Source: an uncultured Muribaculaceae bacterium
GTDB taxonomy: Bacteria; Bacillota_I; Bacilli_A; RF39; UBA660
Direction: 5' to 3'
Assembly (NCBI GenBank): GCA_964533935.1
Contig: CAZHOG010000003.1
Span: 40,531-104,530, forward strand
Length of the DNA: 64,000 nucleotides
Shown here: positions 1 to 7,124 of the stretch, piece by piece
Layout: each line of letters begins with the position of its first letter
How positions within the stretch are numbered: position 1 is the first letter of the stretch
The notes under the pieces: model-generated
What the model saw: the letters and a program-made list of their open reading frames with translations, nothing else
Database searches by the model: none
Told to the model about the DNA's origin: nothing
Program-made: the position numbers and the translations under genes

Positions 1-988
1 CATTAGAATATTCTAAATCACTAGTATAATTATTAATTGTATTTCCAATTACCGAAACATTAGGTATTTGATTATTAATCTGCTTAGCAAATGATGTAAA
101 CGATAAATTCATTTCAAACATACCACCAGTAAGAGCAGTTAAATTATCTCGGTCATTTCCTTCTATCCAAATTCTTATTGTAACTTTTTTTATACCGTCA
201 TTTTTTTTATTATCTAAATATGTTAACATGGGATCTCCATTAGCACTTTGAATTTTATGTGAAGCACTAAGATTATCCCTTAAATTATCTATACTTGTTA
301 ATTCATATATTGCAGATTCACTGGCATCTATAAATCTATAATCTTGTTGTTCAACTGAATATAATGTTACAAAACATTTTCCAGTACTACAATCAATTTT
401 ATAATTTTTATTAGGTGCCCATACTAAACTTGCTTTATTGGATACTGCATAATAACCATTATTATATTCATTATCAATAAAAGCTAATCTAGTCGATGCC
501 GCAATTAAATCTCTACTAAAGTTACCTGATGATGATAATCTTTCTACTTCTGTGCCTAATAAATCATTTTCATCTGTACCAGTAGCTGGTAATACGTAGG
601 AAGAATCTTCTAAAAATACCCCAACATTACCAGATGATTTAAACCATACATCAAATTCTAAATAATCTTTATTTGCTGTAGCTCTTTTAAAAGTAACAGG
701 TGTTCCATCATCACGTTTACTTGTTGCTATATAAAAATTAACACCATCACCCGTTATTTCGTGGTCAAAGGAATAATCATTAGTAAAATCAAGAGATAAT
801 TCATTACTCCATTCTTCCCCATCTAATGAAATCAATAAATCACTATACGAATTCGTTCTTAAAACTAAATCATTTGCTTTTATTTCATTATTTTTATTTA
901 ACCATGCATATGCTGCAAGTGCAATTGATGCAATAATTACTAACAATCTAAAAGCAATTAATAATACATTTTTTCTCTCTTTAGTCAT
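1..988 (-). CDS. Secreted or membrane-anchored beta-rich protein with TasA/camelysin-like features, partial (C-terminus lies beyond window start)
   Basis: Absent from the ORF track because it runs off the window. I hand-translated the minus strand from the ATG at 988..986 and it stays open to position 2 (~329 codons): MTKERKNVLLIAFRLLVIIASIALAAYAWLNKNNEIKANDLVLRT...DVWFKSSGNVGVFLE...IRIWIEGNDRDNLTALTGGMFEMNLSF. The basic-hydrophobic N-terminus ending AAYAW resembles SipW-type signals. Its ATG overlaps the TAA of the upstream gene (TAATG). Confidence 0.6.
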   Translation of the reverse strand, partial: MTKERKNVLLIAFRLLVIIASIALAAYAWLNKNNEIKANDLVLRTNSYSDLLISLDGEEWSNELSLDFTNDYSFDHEITGDGVNFYIATSKRDDGTPVTFKRATANKDYLEFDVWFKSSGNVGVFLEDSSYVLPATGTDENDLLGTEVERLSSSGNFSRDLIAASTRLAFIDNEYNNGYYAVSNKASLVWAPNKNYKIDCSTGKCFVTLYSVEQQDYRFIDASESAIYELTSIDNLRDNLSASHKIQSANGDPMLTYLDNKKNDGIKKVTIRIWIEGNDRDNLTALTGGMFEMNLSFTSFAKQINNQIPNVSVIGNTINNYTSDLEYSN

Positions 989-2097
989 TAATTCACCAAA
1001 AATTCTAATGCTTTTTTATTTGAATTATTAAACTTATCTATTTCTTTATTAAATATTTTTGCTATTTTGTCTTCTCTTTTTTTCTTTTCAGAATAAATAT
1101 TTTTAAATTCACTATTTATTAAAGATTTAAAAGATTTTTCATTATATTTTTCATTATTTTCTATAAAATCTTTTATTATTCTTCTTATATAATATTTTTT
1201 AATATTTGATGAAGGTGAATTTTTACCATTAAGAATCAAATAATCCAATAAGAAAGCTTCATTCATATTATCTCTTGCAACAGATTCATCTTCATAATCT
1301 TTTGAATCACTTTCTTCTATTTTATCTTTAACATTATATTGTTCGATAAATTCCCATAATTCCAATGCTTTTTGAAAGTTTGGATTTTTTAAGATAACAT
1401 TTGTTTTTCTAATTGGAGATTTAACCATCATAGCATGTGCAGCCATTAAATCTTTTATAAAAGCACTTTTCATAAAGTCTGCAATAATAAATTGAATTCT
1501 TTCAACTCTTTCTGAAAGATCTAATCCTTTAGGATCTTTTCCAACTAAATCTTCAAAATATGAACTTTCAAAATTAATATCTATTTTAACTTTTTCTTTT
1601 CCTACTTTAGTAACACCAGAATAATTAATATTCTTATTTATTTTACAATTTGAACCTTCTTTGGTTAATTCTTTTCTTTTTGATATAAACATTTGTAGAT
1701 TCAATAATAATGAATATATAAATCTATTTTCGTACATATCAAAACTTTCTTCTTTATTTATATTCAAAACTTTAGAAGGAGTTATTGTTCCTTTTTTTTC
1801 ATCAAATTCCTGAATTAAATAAGTATGAGTAGCTAAATGTTTGATACTTTCTTCAGTAATCTTTTTAGCCTTTTCAACCGGAACAACTTCTTCTTCTTGC
1901 ATGATAAATCTTTTTGGATTTCTAATAATTGCATCAAGATACTCAACAGTTTCTTCAGTTTTATCCAACCAGCTATAATCAAATTCAACTTTTCGATAAT
2001 CTGTTTTAACTTTAAGTTTAGCTTTATTATTTTCTAAAAATTCTTGTTTAACAAATGAATCAACATTATCTAAATATTTTTCTAAATTATTATTCAT
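988..2097 (-). CDS. McrC-like / DUF2357-like partner protein with no recognisable PD-(D/E)xK nuclease domain
   Basis: 369-aa ORF 11 nt downstream of the McrB-like gene. It has the DMYENRFIYSLL motif I associate with the DUF2357 N-terminal region of McrC-family proteins. The C-terminal half is low-complexity and K/E-rich, with no obvious D...(D/E)xK motif. Confidence 0.45.
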   Translation of the reverse strand: MNNNLEKYLDNVDSFVKQEFLENNKAKLKVKTDYRKVEFDYSWLDKTEETVEYLDAIIRNPKRFIMQEEEVVPVEKAKKITEESIKHLATHTYLIQEFDEKKGTITPSKVLNINKEESFDMYENRFIYSLLLNLQMFISKRKELTKEGSNCKINKNINYSGVTKVGKEKVKIDINFESSYFEDLVGKDPKGLDLSERVERIQFIIADFMKSAFIKDLMAAHAMMVKSPIRKTNVILKNPNFQKALELWEFIEQYNVKDKIEESDSKDYEDESVARDNMNEAFLLDYLILNGKNSPSSNIKKYYIRRIIKDFIENNEKYNEKSFKSLINSEFKNIYSEKKKREDKIAKIFNKEIDKFNNSNKKALEFLVN

Positions 2098-2108
2098 ATA
2101 TCATCATC

Positions 2109-3647
2109 CTACATTAATTTTTTAAGTCTATTTAAATAAGCCTTACATTCATTCATATTTTCTTTGCCAAATAAACCATCTAAAAATTTTATAAATCCAT
2201 CAATTTCATCACGAATAAATGATAGGTTTAATTGTTCAAATTTACGTAATATTTTTTTAGCAATAACATAATCTAAACCATCAATTTCTTTTCCACCACA
2301 AGCAACATAAACAGGAATAAATTCATTAATATGTTTAACAATACGATTACCAAAAGCTAATCTAAAATGTTCAATAACATAGTTATCCATTTGTTCAAGT
2401 TTATCTAATAGTTCTTGTCCAACTTTATATTTTTCTTTAGCATCAGCAAAAAGACCTTCTAAATACTTGCTACTTATTTGATATCCTTCAGTTACTGGAG
2501 CGTCAAAGTATTCTCCTTTATCATTTATATCTATTGGCATAGCACGGTCATAAACCTTATCTGTAACCATGAATGTTGAATCATCGTTATTGATTGTACC
2601 AATGTACCACATATTATCAGGAATTTTTAGTTTTCCATCAGTTAATTTCTTCGGATCATCTGGCCATACATTAGGAACCAAATCAATAACCCATTCATCT
2701 CTTGATGGCATTTCTAGAATAGATAACATTTCGGCAAAATAATATTCAACACGAGCTATGTTCATTTCATCTAGAATAGTTAAATAAACAATATCTTTAT
2801 AACTAGCTTCATACATTTTCATTAATACTTCAGTTTCATTAAATTTCTTTGTAAATTCATTAAAGTATCCAAATAATTCCGTACGATCACGCCAAGAAGG
2901 TTGAACTGATGCAATAATTGCATCATTTTTCAAAAATTTACCCCATGCATATGGAAGAGATGTTTTACCAGTACCAGAAATACCTTGTAATATAACAAGT
3001 CTTGTTGATGCAAGTGAACTTACAAATAATCTAATAATATCAACTTTATAATATAACTTCATTTTAGAAGCAGCAAAATTTCTAAATGTTTCACAAAGTT
3101 CTTCTAAAGTAAAAGTATTATGTAAATCTTCAGGAACATAGTCTGCCATTGCTTTATCAACTTCACTTAATTTAAAGAATCTACCACTAAATTCTGTTTT
3201 AGCTTTTTTCTCTTCAGGATTAGCATCATCTCCAAGATCTTCAATTTCTGAAGACTCACCAGGTTTTAATCCTAATTGACTAACCTTCATTGCCATAATT
3301 TTATCTTTTTCAGTAGTTAATTTTAATACAGATCTATTTAAATCAGCTACTTCTTCTAATAAACTTTCTTGGTCAACTAAAGATTTTCTAACTCTAACTA
3401 ATTTTCTAATTAATAAAAATAATATAAAAATTATTAATGCTATTAATGCAACAAAAACTAGTACTACTAATGCAACTAGAATCCATCCAGCTCCATGAAT
3501 ATCGCCACTATATCCTTTAATTATATTTGCATAAGCCTTAAAATTAAAGATTTGCATAATACCTAATCCTATATTTTTTACAATCGTAATTAAGCCTCCA
3601 AAAAATTGAGACATAAAATCAAATAAAAATCTTACAAAGAAATCCAT
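2109..3647 (-). CDS. Membrane-anchored, coiled-coil McrB-family AAA+ (AAA_5) GTPase
   Basis: Walker A LQGISGTGKTS. Walker B plus the McrB-type segment LTILDEMNIARVEYYFAEMLSILE. NxxD signature in YIGTINNDDSTF. N-terminal ~80 aa are hydrophobic (WILVALVVLVFVALIALIIFILFLLI), followed by a heptad-like stretch (SLVDQESLLEEVADLNRSVLKLTTEKDKIMAMKVSQL). Confidence 0.7.
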   Translation of the reverse strand: MDFFVRFLFDFMSQFFGGLITIVKNIGLGIMQIFNFKAYANIIKGYSGDIHGAGWILVALVVLVFVALIALIIFILFLLIRKLVRVRKSLVDQESLLEEVADLNRSVLKLTTEKDKIMAMKVSQLGLKPGESSEIEDLGDDANPEEKKAKTEFSGRFFKLSEVDKAMADYVPEDLHNTFTLEELCETFRNFAASKMKLYYKVDIIRLFVSSLASTRLVILQGISGTGKTSLPYAWGKFLKNDAIIASVQPSWRDRTELFGYFNEFTKKFNETEVLMKMYEASYKDIVYLTILDEMNIARVEYYFAEMLSILEMPSRDEWVIDLVPNVWPDDPKKLTDGKLKIPDNMWYIGTINNDDSTFMVTDKVYDRAMPIDINDKGEYFDAPVTEGYQISSKYLEGLFADAKEKYKVGQELLDKLEQMDNYVIEHFRLAFGNRIVKHINEFIPVYVACGGKEIDGLDYVIAKKILRKFEQLNLSFIRDEIDGFIKFLDGLFGKENMNECKAYLNRLKKLM

Positions 3648-3682
3648 ACTTCCACCTATTTTCTACTATTCCACTATATCTA

Positions 3683-3711
3683 ATTATATCAGATAGATTA
3701 AGCATTTACAA
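3683..3711 (-). promoter_or_regulatory. Candidate sigma-A promoter of the McrB-like operon
   Basis: Minus strand reads TTGTAA, a 17-nt spacer ending in TG, then TATAAT (extended -10). It lies ~35 nt upstream of a GGTGGAAG RBS and the start at 3647. Confidence 0.45.
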
Positions 3712-3723
3712 TAAATGGTTTAT

Positions 3724-3753
3724 ATAAAAAAAGAAACATTAATTAATGTTTCT
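3724..3753 (-). terminator. Rho-independent terminator after gmk
   Basis: Minus strand AGAAACATTAATTAATGTTTCT hairpin followed by a T run. The hairpin overlaps the gmk stop codon. Confidence 0.6.
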
Positions 3754-4432
3754 AATCTATATGAAAATCCTCATTAACTATATCTTTATCAATCAATAAT
3801 TCATGAATTTCTTCTTCCTCATTTTCTAAGTAAACATCTTCAATACGATTTACACTACATTTTTCTGCAAGTAAAATTGCATTTATTTTCTTCGCTGCTA
3901 ATTCTACTTCATCATTAACAACAACATAATTATACTTAGTTACTTCATTTATCTCTTGGTAAGCCCTCTTAAATCTTTTTAATAATTGATCTTGAGTCTC
4001 AGTTTTTCTATTTTCAAGTCTAGTTTTTAAATCTTTAAAAGTTGGAGGCACAATAAATATAAACAAAGCATCTTCATATAATCTTTTAACTTTTAAAGCA
4101 CCTTGTATTTCAATAATTAATAAAACATCTATTCCTGAATTTAATTTTTCTTCTATTTTACTTTTTGGAGTACCGTAATAATTATCTGCATAACAAGCAA
4201 ATTCTAAAAAATCTTTATTATTTATTTTTTCTTCAAACTCTTTTTTTGATAAAAAGAAATAATTGACACCATCAACTTCTCCATTTCTAGGTTCTCTTGA
4301 TGTTGCAGAAACAGATATCCACACATTTTTATTCATTTTTTGTAATTCATTGCATACAGTATCTTTTCCAGCTCCACTAGGTCCAGAAATAACAGTTAAT
4401 ATTCCTCTTGATTTATGACTTATTATATTCAT
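3752..4432 (-). CDS. gmk: Guanylate kinase with ~30-aa acidic C-terminal extension
   Basis: P-loop GPSGAGKDT, SATSREPRNGEVDGVNYFF (canonical S-x-T-x-R-x-P-R-x-G-E motif region), NYYGTP. Confidence 0.9.
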   Translation of the reverse strand: MNIISHKSRGILTVISGPSGAGKDTVCNELQKMNKNVWISVSATSREPRNGEVDGVNYFFLSKKEFEEKINNKDFLEFACYADNYYGTPKSKIEEKLNSGIDVLLIIEIQGALKVKRLYEDALFIFIVPPTFKDLKTRLENRKTETQDQLLKRFKRAYQEINEVTKYNYVVVNDEVELAAKKINAILLAEKCSVNRIEDVYLENEEEEIHELLIDKDIVNEDFHID

Positions 4433-4502
4433 TTTTTGCCTCCATTAATTTAATGTATTATAGCACAATTATATTTATATATGTAAATTTATATATTTAA
4501 AC

Positions 4503-4531
4503 TTGATATTATAAATCAAGTTTGTTAAAAT
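4503..4531 (+). promoter_or_regulatory. Candidate promoter of sRNA copy 1
   Basis: TTGATA (4503-4508), 17-nt spacer, TAAAAT (4526-4531). Confidence 0.45.
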
Positions 4532-4537
4532 CAAATT

Positions 4538-4618
4538 GTGAGAAGCAAAAAGTCTTCGGACTAGATGCTTAACACTATGTTAGGTCATCTTTATTCATAA
4601 GAATAAAGATGTTTTTTT
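4538..4618 (+). ncRNA. Candidate antitoxin-type small RNA, copy 1
   Basis: Starts ~7 nt after the -10 box. Contains AGTC-TTCG-GACT (UUCG-type tetraloop hairpin), AGATG...CATCT enclosing TAACA-CTA-TGTTA, then an 11-bp terminator stem CATCTTTATTC/GAATAAAGATG (4586-4611) and T7 (4612-4618). It is convergent with the small ORF, ending 5 nt before the ORF stop codon. Exact 5' end not determined. Confidence 0.5.
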
Positions 4619-4623
4619 ATACT

Positions 4624-4704
4624 TTAGATTAATTTAAAAACTAATACTAAAAGTATAAAAATTATAATAAGTAATAAAAGTACTAAAAAATCTTTTTTAC
4701 CCAT
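4624..4704 (-). CDS. 26-aa hydrophobic peptide, candidate type I toxin, copy 1
   Basis: Hand-translated as MGKKDFLVLLLLIIIFILLVLVFKLI. AAGGAG RBS lies 8 nt upstream. Basic N-terminus followed by a single TM-length hydrophobic helix. Below the ORF-track size cutoff. Confidence 0.5.
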   Translation of the reverse strand: MGKKDFLVLLLLIIIFILLVLVFKLI

Positions 4705-4803
4705 ATAAATCACTCCTTAGAATTATTTAATAATCCCCCTGAATAATTCGTCCGACATTTTTAGAGTGATAAACATCTTTTCTTCTTGTTTCTCGAGAAA
4801 TGT

Positions 4804-4847
4804 ATTATACATATTTCTTTTTTTCTTAACAAGTGATTCGACAAAAC
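4804..4847 (-). promoter_or_regulatory. Candidate promoter of toxin mRNA copy 1, with upstream Spo0A-box-like element
   Basis: Minus strand: GTTTTGTCGAATC (4847..4835, contains TGTCGAA), then TTGTTA (-35, 4832..4827), a 17-nt spacer ending in TG, then TATAAT (4809..4804). Confidence 0.45.
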
Positions 4848-4891
4848 ATTACAAAATAAATCCTAAAATATTATTAAAATATAAATTAATG

Positions 4892-4920
4892 TTGAAAAGC
4901 AATAATTATTTTGTTAAAAT
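4892..4920 (+). promoter_or_regulatory. Candidate promoter of sRNA copy 2
   Basis: TTGAAA (4892-4897), 17-nt spacer, TAAAAT (4915-4920). Confidence 0.45.
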
Positions 4921-4926
4921 TAATTT

Positions 4927-5006
4927 GTGAGAAGCAAAAAGTCTCCGGACTAGATGCTTACCACTAGTGGTGGCATCTTTATTCAACAGAATAAAGATGT
5001 TTTTTT
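4927..5006 (+). ncRNA. Candidate antitoxin-type small RNA, copy 2
   Basis: Same architecture as copy 1: AGTC-TCCG-GACT, AGATG...CATCT enclosing the palindrome CCACTAGTGG, terminator stem 4974-4999 and T7 at 5000-5006. Confidence 0.5.
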
Positions 5007-5011
5007 ATGCT

Positions 5012-5092
5012 TTAGATTAATTTAAAAACTAATACTAAAAGTATAAAAATTATAATAAGTAAAATTGTGATTAAAAAATCTTTTTTACCCAT
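5012..5092 (-). CDS. 26-aa hydrophobic peptide, candidate type I toxin, copy 2
   Basis: Hand-translated as MGKKDFLITILLIIIFILLVLVFKLI, with the same RBS context as copy 1. Confidence 0.5.
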   Translation of the reverse strand: MGKKDFLITILLIIIFILLVLVFKLI

Positions 5093-5191
5093 ATAAATCA
5101 CTCCTTAGAATTATTAAATAATCCCCCTGAATAATTCGTCCGATATTTTTAGAGTGATAAACATCTTTTTTTCTTGCTTCTCGAGAAATGT

Positions 5192-5234
5192 ATTATACAT
5201 ACCTCTTTTTTTCTTGCAAGCGATTCGACAAAAC
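5192..5234 (-). promoter_or_regulatory. Candidate promoter of toxin mRNA copy 2, with upstream Spo0A-box-like element
   Basis: Minus strand: GTTTTGTCGAATC (5234..5222), TTGCAA (5219..5214), a 16-nt spacer ending in TG, then TATAAT (5197..5192). Confidence 0.4.
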
Positions 5235-5244
5235 ATTACAAAAT

Positions 5245-5272
5245 AAGTTCATGAAATTTATTTTAATGAACT
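5245..5272 (-). terminator. Hairpin at the 3' end of the RT gene (possible terminator)
   Basis: AAGTTCAT / ATGAACTT 8-bp stem spanning the RT stop codon, followed on the minus strand by ATTTTGT. Confidence 0.35.
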
Positions 5273-6406
5273 TATCTTTTTTAGCAAGCTTCCACAACTT
5301 CCCCATTTAAAATGTCCGTAATATCCAGACATTTCATTTATGTATTCCTTTTTATTTATATTATTTAACCTCAAACAATTGTCTAAATACTTTAATTTCC
5401 TATTAAATCTTTTCTTACAGTCATTTTTCACTTTCATAATAGCCTTATTATTAATAATAAAATATTTATATCCTAAAAAATCAAGACCATTATTTATATT
5501 AGAAATAATGGTCTTTTTATTATTTAATTTCAACTTATATTTGCTAAGAATTTCATTTATATCTTTTAAGCACTCTTTAAGATATTCTTTATTGTCATGA
5601 ATAAGTATTCCATCATCCATATATCTTACATAATATTTAATTTGTAATACTTCTTTTATATAATAATCTAATTCATTTAAATATAATATTGCTATTATCT
5701 GACTGGTCATGTTGCCAATTGGAAATCCATGACCAGTGGCATATAATGTAACATCTTTAATCTCATCTATCTTCTTAGTTTTTTCAGTATCACTTATATT
5801 CAAATTTTTAATTCTTTTTTCTTCCTGTAATTTTAACTTATTTATAGATTCATTAACATATTTACAATCAGTGGAATCAACGATTTTATTTACTAATTCT
5901 AAATCATCATTATCTTTAATCTTCTTAGCAAATAAATCTTTAACTATTTCATGACTTATACTATAAAAATACTTACTAATATCAAATTTTAAATAATATA
6001 TATCTTTATTATTCTTTTTCATCTCATTTAAATATTTCTTTATAGCTATAAGCCCTTGGTGGGTACCTTTATTTTTTCTAGTAGCTATATTCATATCAAT
6101 AAATGTTTTATCAAATACATCAACTAAAAAATAATTAGCCACCAAGTGATTAATTATCTTATCATTAATATTTTGACTCATAATAAGTCTTAACTTAGGT
6201 TCATGAATAAAAAAAATATTATACTTACCTACTTCATAATTTTTATGTTCTAAAACATTCCTAATCAAAAAAATATTTTCAGAATAATATTCTTCAAATA
6301 ATTCAACTTTTCTTTTATTTTTTGTTTTAGAACAGATTAAGTTGCTATATTTTATAATATTATCTAATTCACATATTTTTGGATATAAATTATTCACTCT
6401 TTTCAT
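5258..6406 (-). CDS. DGR-type reverse transcriptase
   Basis: EPKLRLI (motif 1/2 region), YYLKFDISKYF (motif 3), GFPIGNMTSQ (I/LGNxxSQ signature of DGR RTs, where group II and retron RTs have QGxxxSP), RYMDDGIL (YxDD), LDFLGYKY (motif 7). No maturase or endonuclease extension. Confidence 0.9.
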   Translation of the reverse strand: MKRVNNLYPKICELDNIIKYSNLICSKTKNKRKVELFEEYYSENIFLIRNVLEHKNYEVGKYNIFFIHEPKLRLIMSQNINDKIINHLVANYFLVDVFDKTFIDMNIATRKNKGTHQGLIAIKKYLNEMKKNNKDIYYLKFDISKYFYSISHEIVKDLFAKKIKDNDDLELVNKIVDSTDCKYVNESINKLKLQEEKRIKNLNISDTEKTKKIDEIKDVTLYATGHGFPIGNMTSQIIAILYLNELDYYIKEVLQIKYYVRYMDDGILIHDNKEYLKECLKDINEILSKYKLKLNNKKTIISNINNGLDFLGYKYFIINNKAIMKVKNDCKKRFNRKLKYLDNCLRLNNINKKEYINEMSGYYGHFKWGSCGSLLKKISSLK

Positions 6407-6725
6407 AACTCATCCACCCAAATATCATTTTATGAAGTTCTGTCAAATACTTCGAATAATTAACATATTTTTTCTTTGTTAATATTTCCTTATCATAACT
6501 TTGTTTCAAATAAAAATTAACCATTTTTATTTGAACTATAATTTCCTTTTTATAATTCTTATCCTGTGTTAAATTGGCACGATATATATTTTCTAATATA
6601 TCATACAATGCATTTAATATTCTATTTTTTAATACTATATATTCATTAGGAAAATTATAAATATTTTTTTCTATATAGTTCAAAGTTTTTTTAGCACTTC
6701 GTACAATCATTAAATTATCTTCCAT
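6390..6725 (-). CDS. avd: Avd-like accessory variability determinant (small helical-bundle protein)
   Basis: Small basic helical ORF between TR and RT that overlaps the RT start by 17 nt. The ORF track starts it at 6773, but the ATG at 6725 is preceded by GGAGGA and gives ~111 aa (MEDNLMIVRSAKKTLNYIEKNIYNFPNEY...). Confidence 0.7.
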   Translation of the reverse strand: MEDNLMIVRSAKKTLNYIEKNIYNFPNEYIVLKNRILNALYDILENIYRANLTQDKNYKKEIIVQIKMVNFYLKQSYDKEILTKKKYVNYSKYLTELHKMIFGWMSYEKSE

Positions 6726-6896
6726 ATCTTCCTCCACAAAAAAATAGTAGCTATAGAAATAATTCCGGTTCACTTTGTGTTACTAAAGCCTTATTTCTTC
6801 TACTATATATTTTTTACACTTTCGTGTATGGGATATAACTTGTTTTTTTGTCTTACAATTATATACCAAGTATATAAAACATAGTTATCATGAAAT

Positions 6897-7000
6897 CTGG
6901 GCGAACTCCAAAGTTATTAGTATTGTTGTAATTATTGTTGAAGTTGCCATTGCTATTAACATTCCAAACATTATTAGTATTATTTAAAGAGCCGGACCAA
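6897..7000 (-). repeat. DGR template repeat (TR), 104 nt
   Basis: The non-coding copy of the VR. On the coding strand it reads TGG TCC GGC TCT TTA AAT AAT ACT AAT AAT GTT TGG AAT GTT AAT AGC AAT GGC AAC TTC AAC AAT AAT TAC AAC AAT ACT AAT AAC TTT GGA GTT CGC CCA G. 15 of 34 codons are AAY, the hallmark of DGR templates. Confidence 0.85.
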
Positions 7001-7124
7001 ACCAAAAAGAGAATCGAAAAGGCCACTATCACCTACTAGTTATATCCCGTGTCATGCCTACACGCAAGCGTTCGGCATAGATCCAGGCAGCAATGAATTG
7101 TCACCTAGTCGCAATCAAAGATTG

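Larger units (their letters stand above)
4521..5247. repeat. Two tandem direct repeats (~339 bp units, period 389 bp), each holding an sRNA plus small-ORF module
   Basis: Unit 1 is ~4521-4859 and unit 2 is ~4910-5247. By eye they align nearly base for base, with scattered substitutions. Confidence 0.85.

Noticed and set aside
4503-5250. Tandem repeats as a CRISPR array, IS ends or extra DGR template repeats
   Set aside because: There are only two long (~339 bp) units, each with its own promoters, small ORF and terminator. There is no short repeat-spacer periodicity and no similarity to the TR/VR sequence.
5258-6406. RT as a retron, group II intron or Abi-type defence RT
   Set aside because: Motif 4 is IGNMTSQ (DGR type), not QGxxxSP. 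There is no maturase or X domain and no intron RNA domains. An Avd-like gene and a TR/VR pair with an adenine-biased mismatch pattern are adjacent, so DGR explains it fully.
6726-6773. Track-predicted N-terminal extension of Avd (MNRNYFYSYYFFVEED)
   Set aside because: The internal ATG at 6725 has a GGAGGA RBS, while the upstream ATG has none. The extension is aromatic-rich and unlike Avd proteins.
7001-7124. GC-rich spacer as a tRNA or other standard RNA gene
   Set aside because: There is no GTTCGAATC-type T-loop, no cloverleaf and no acceptor-stem pairing. Its position between VR and TR fits a DGR-associated structured region better.
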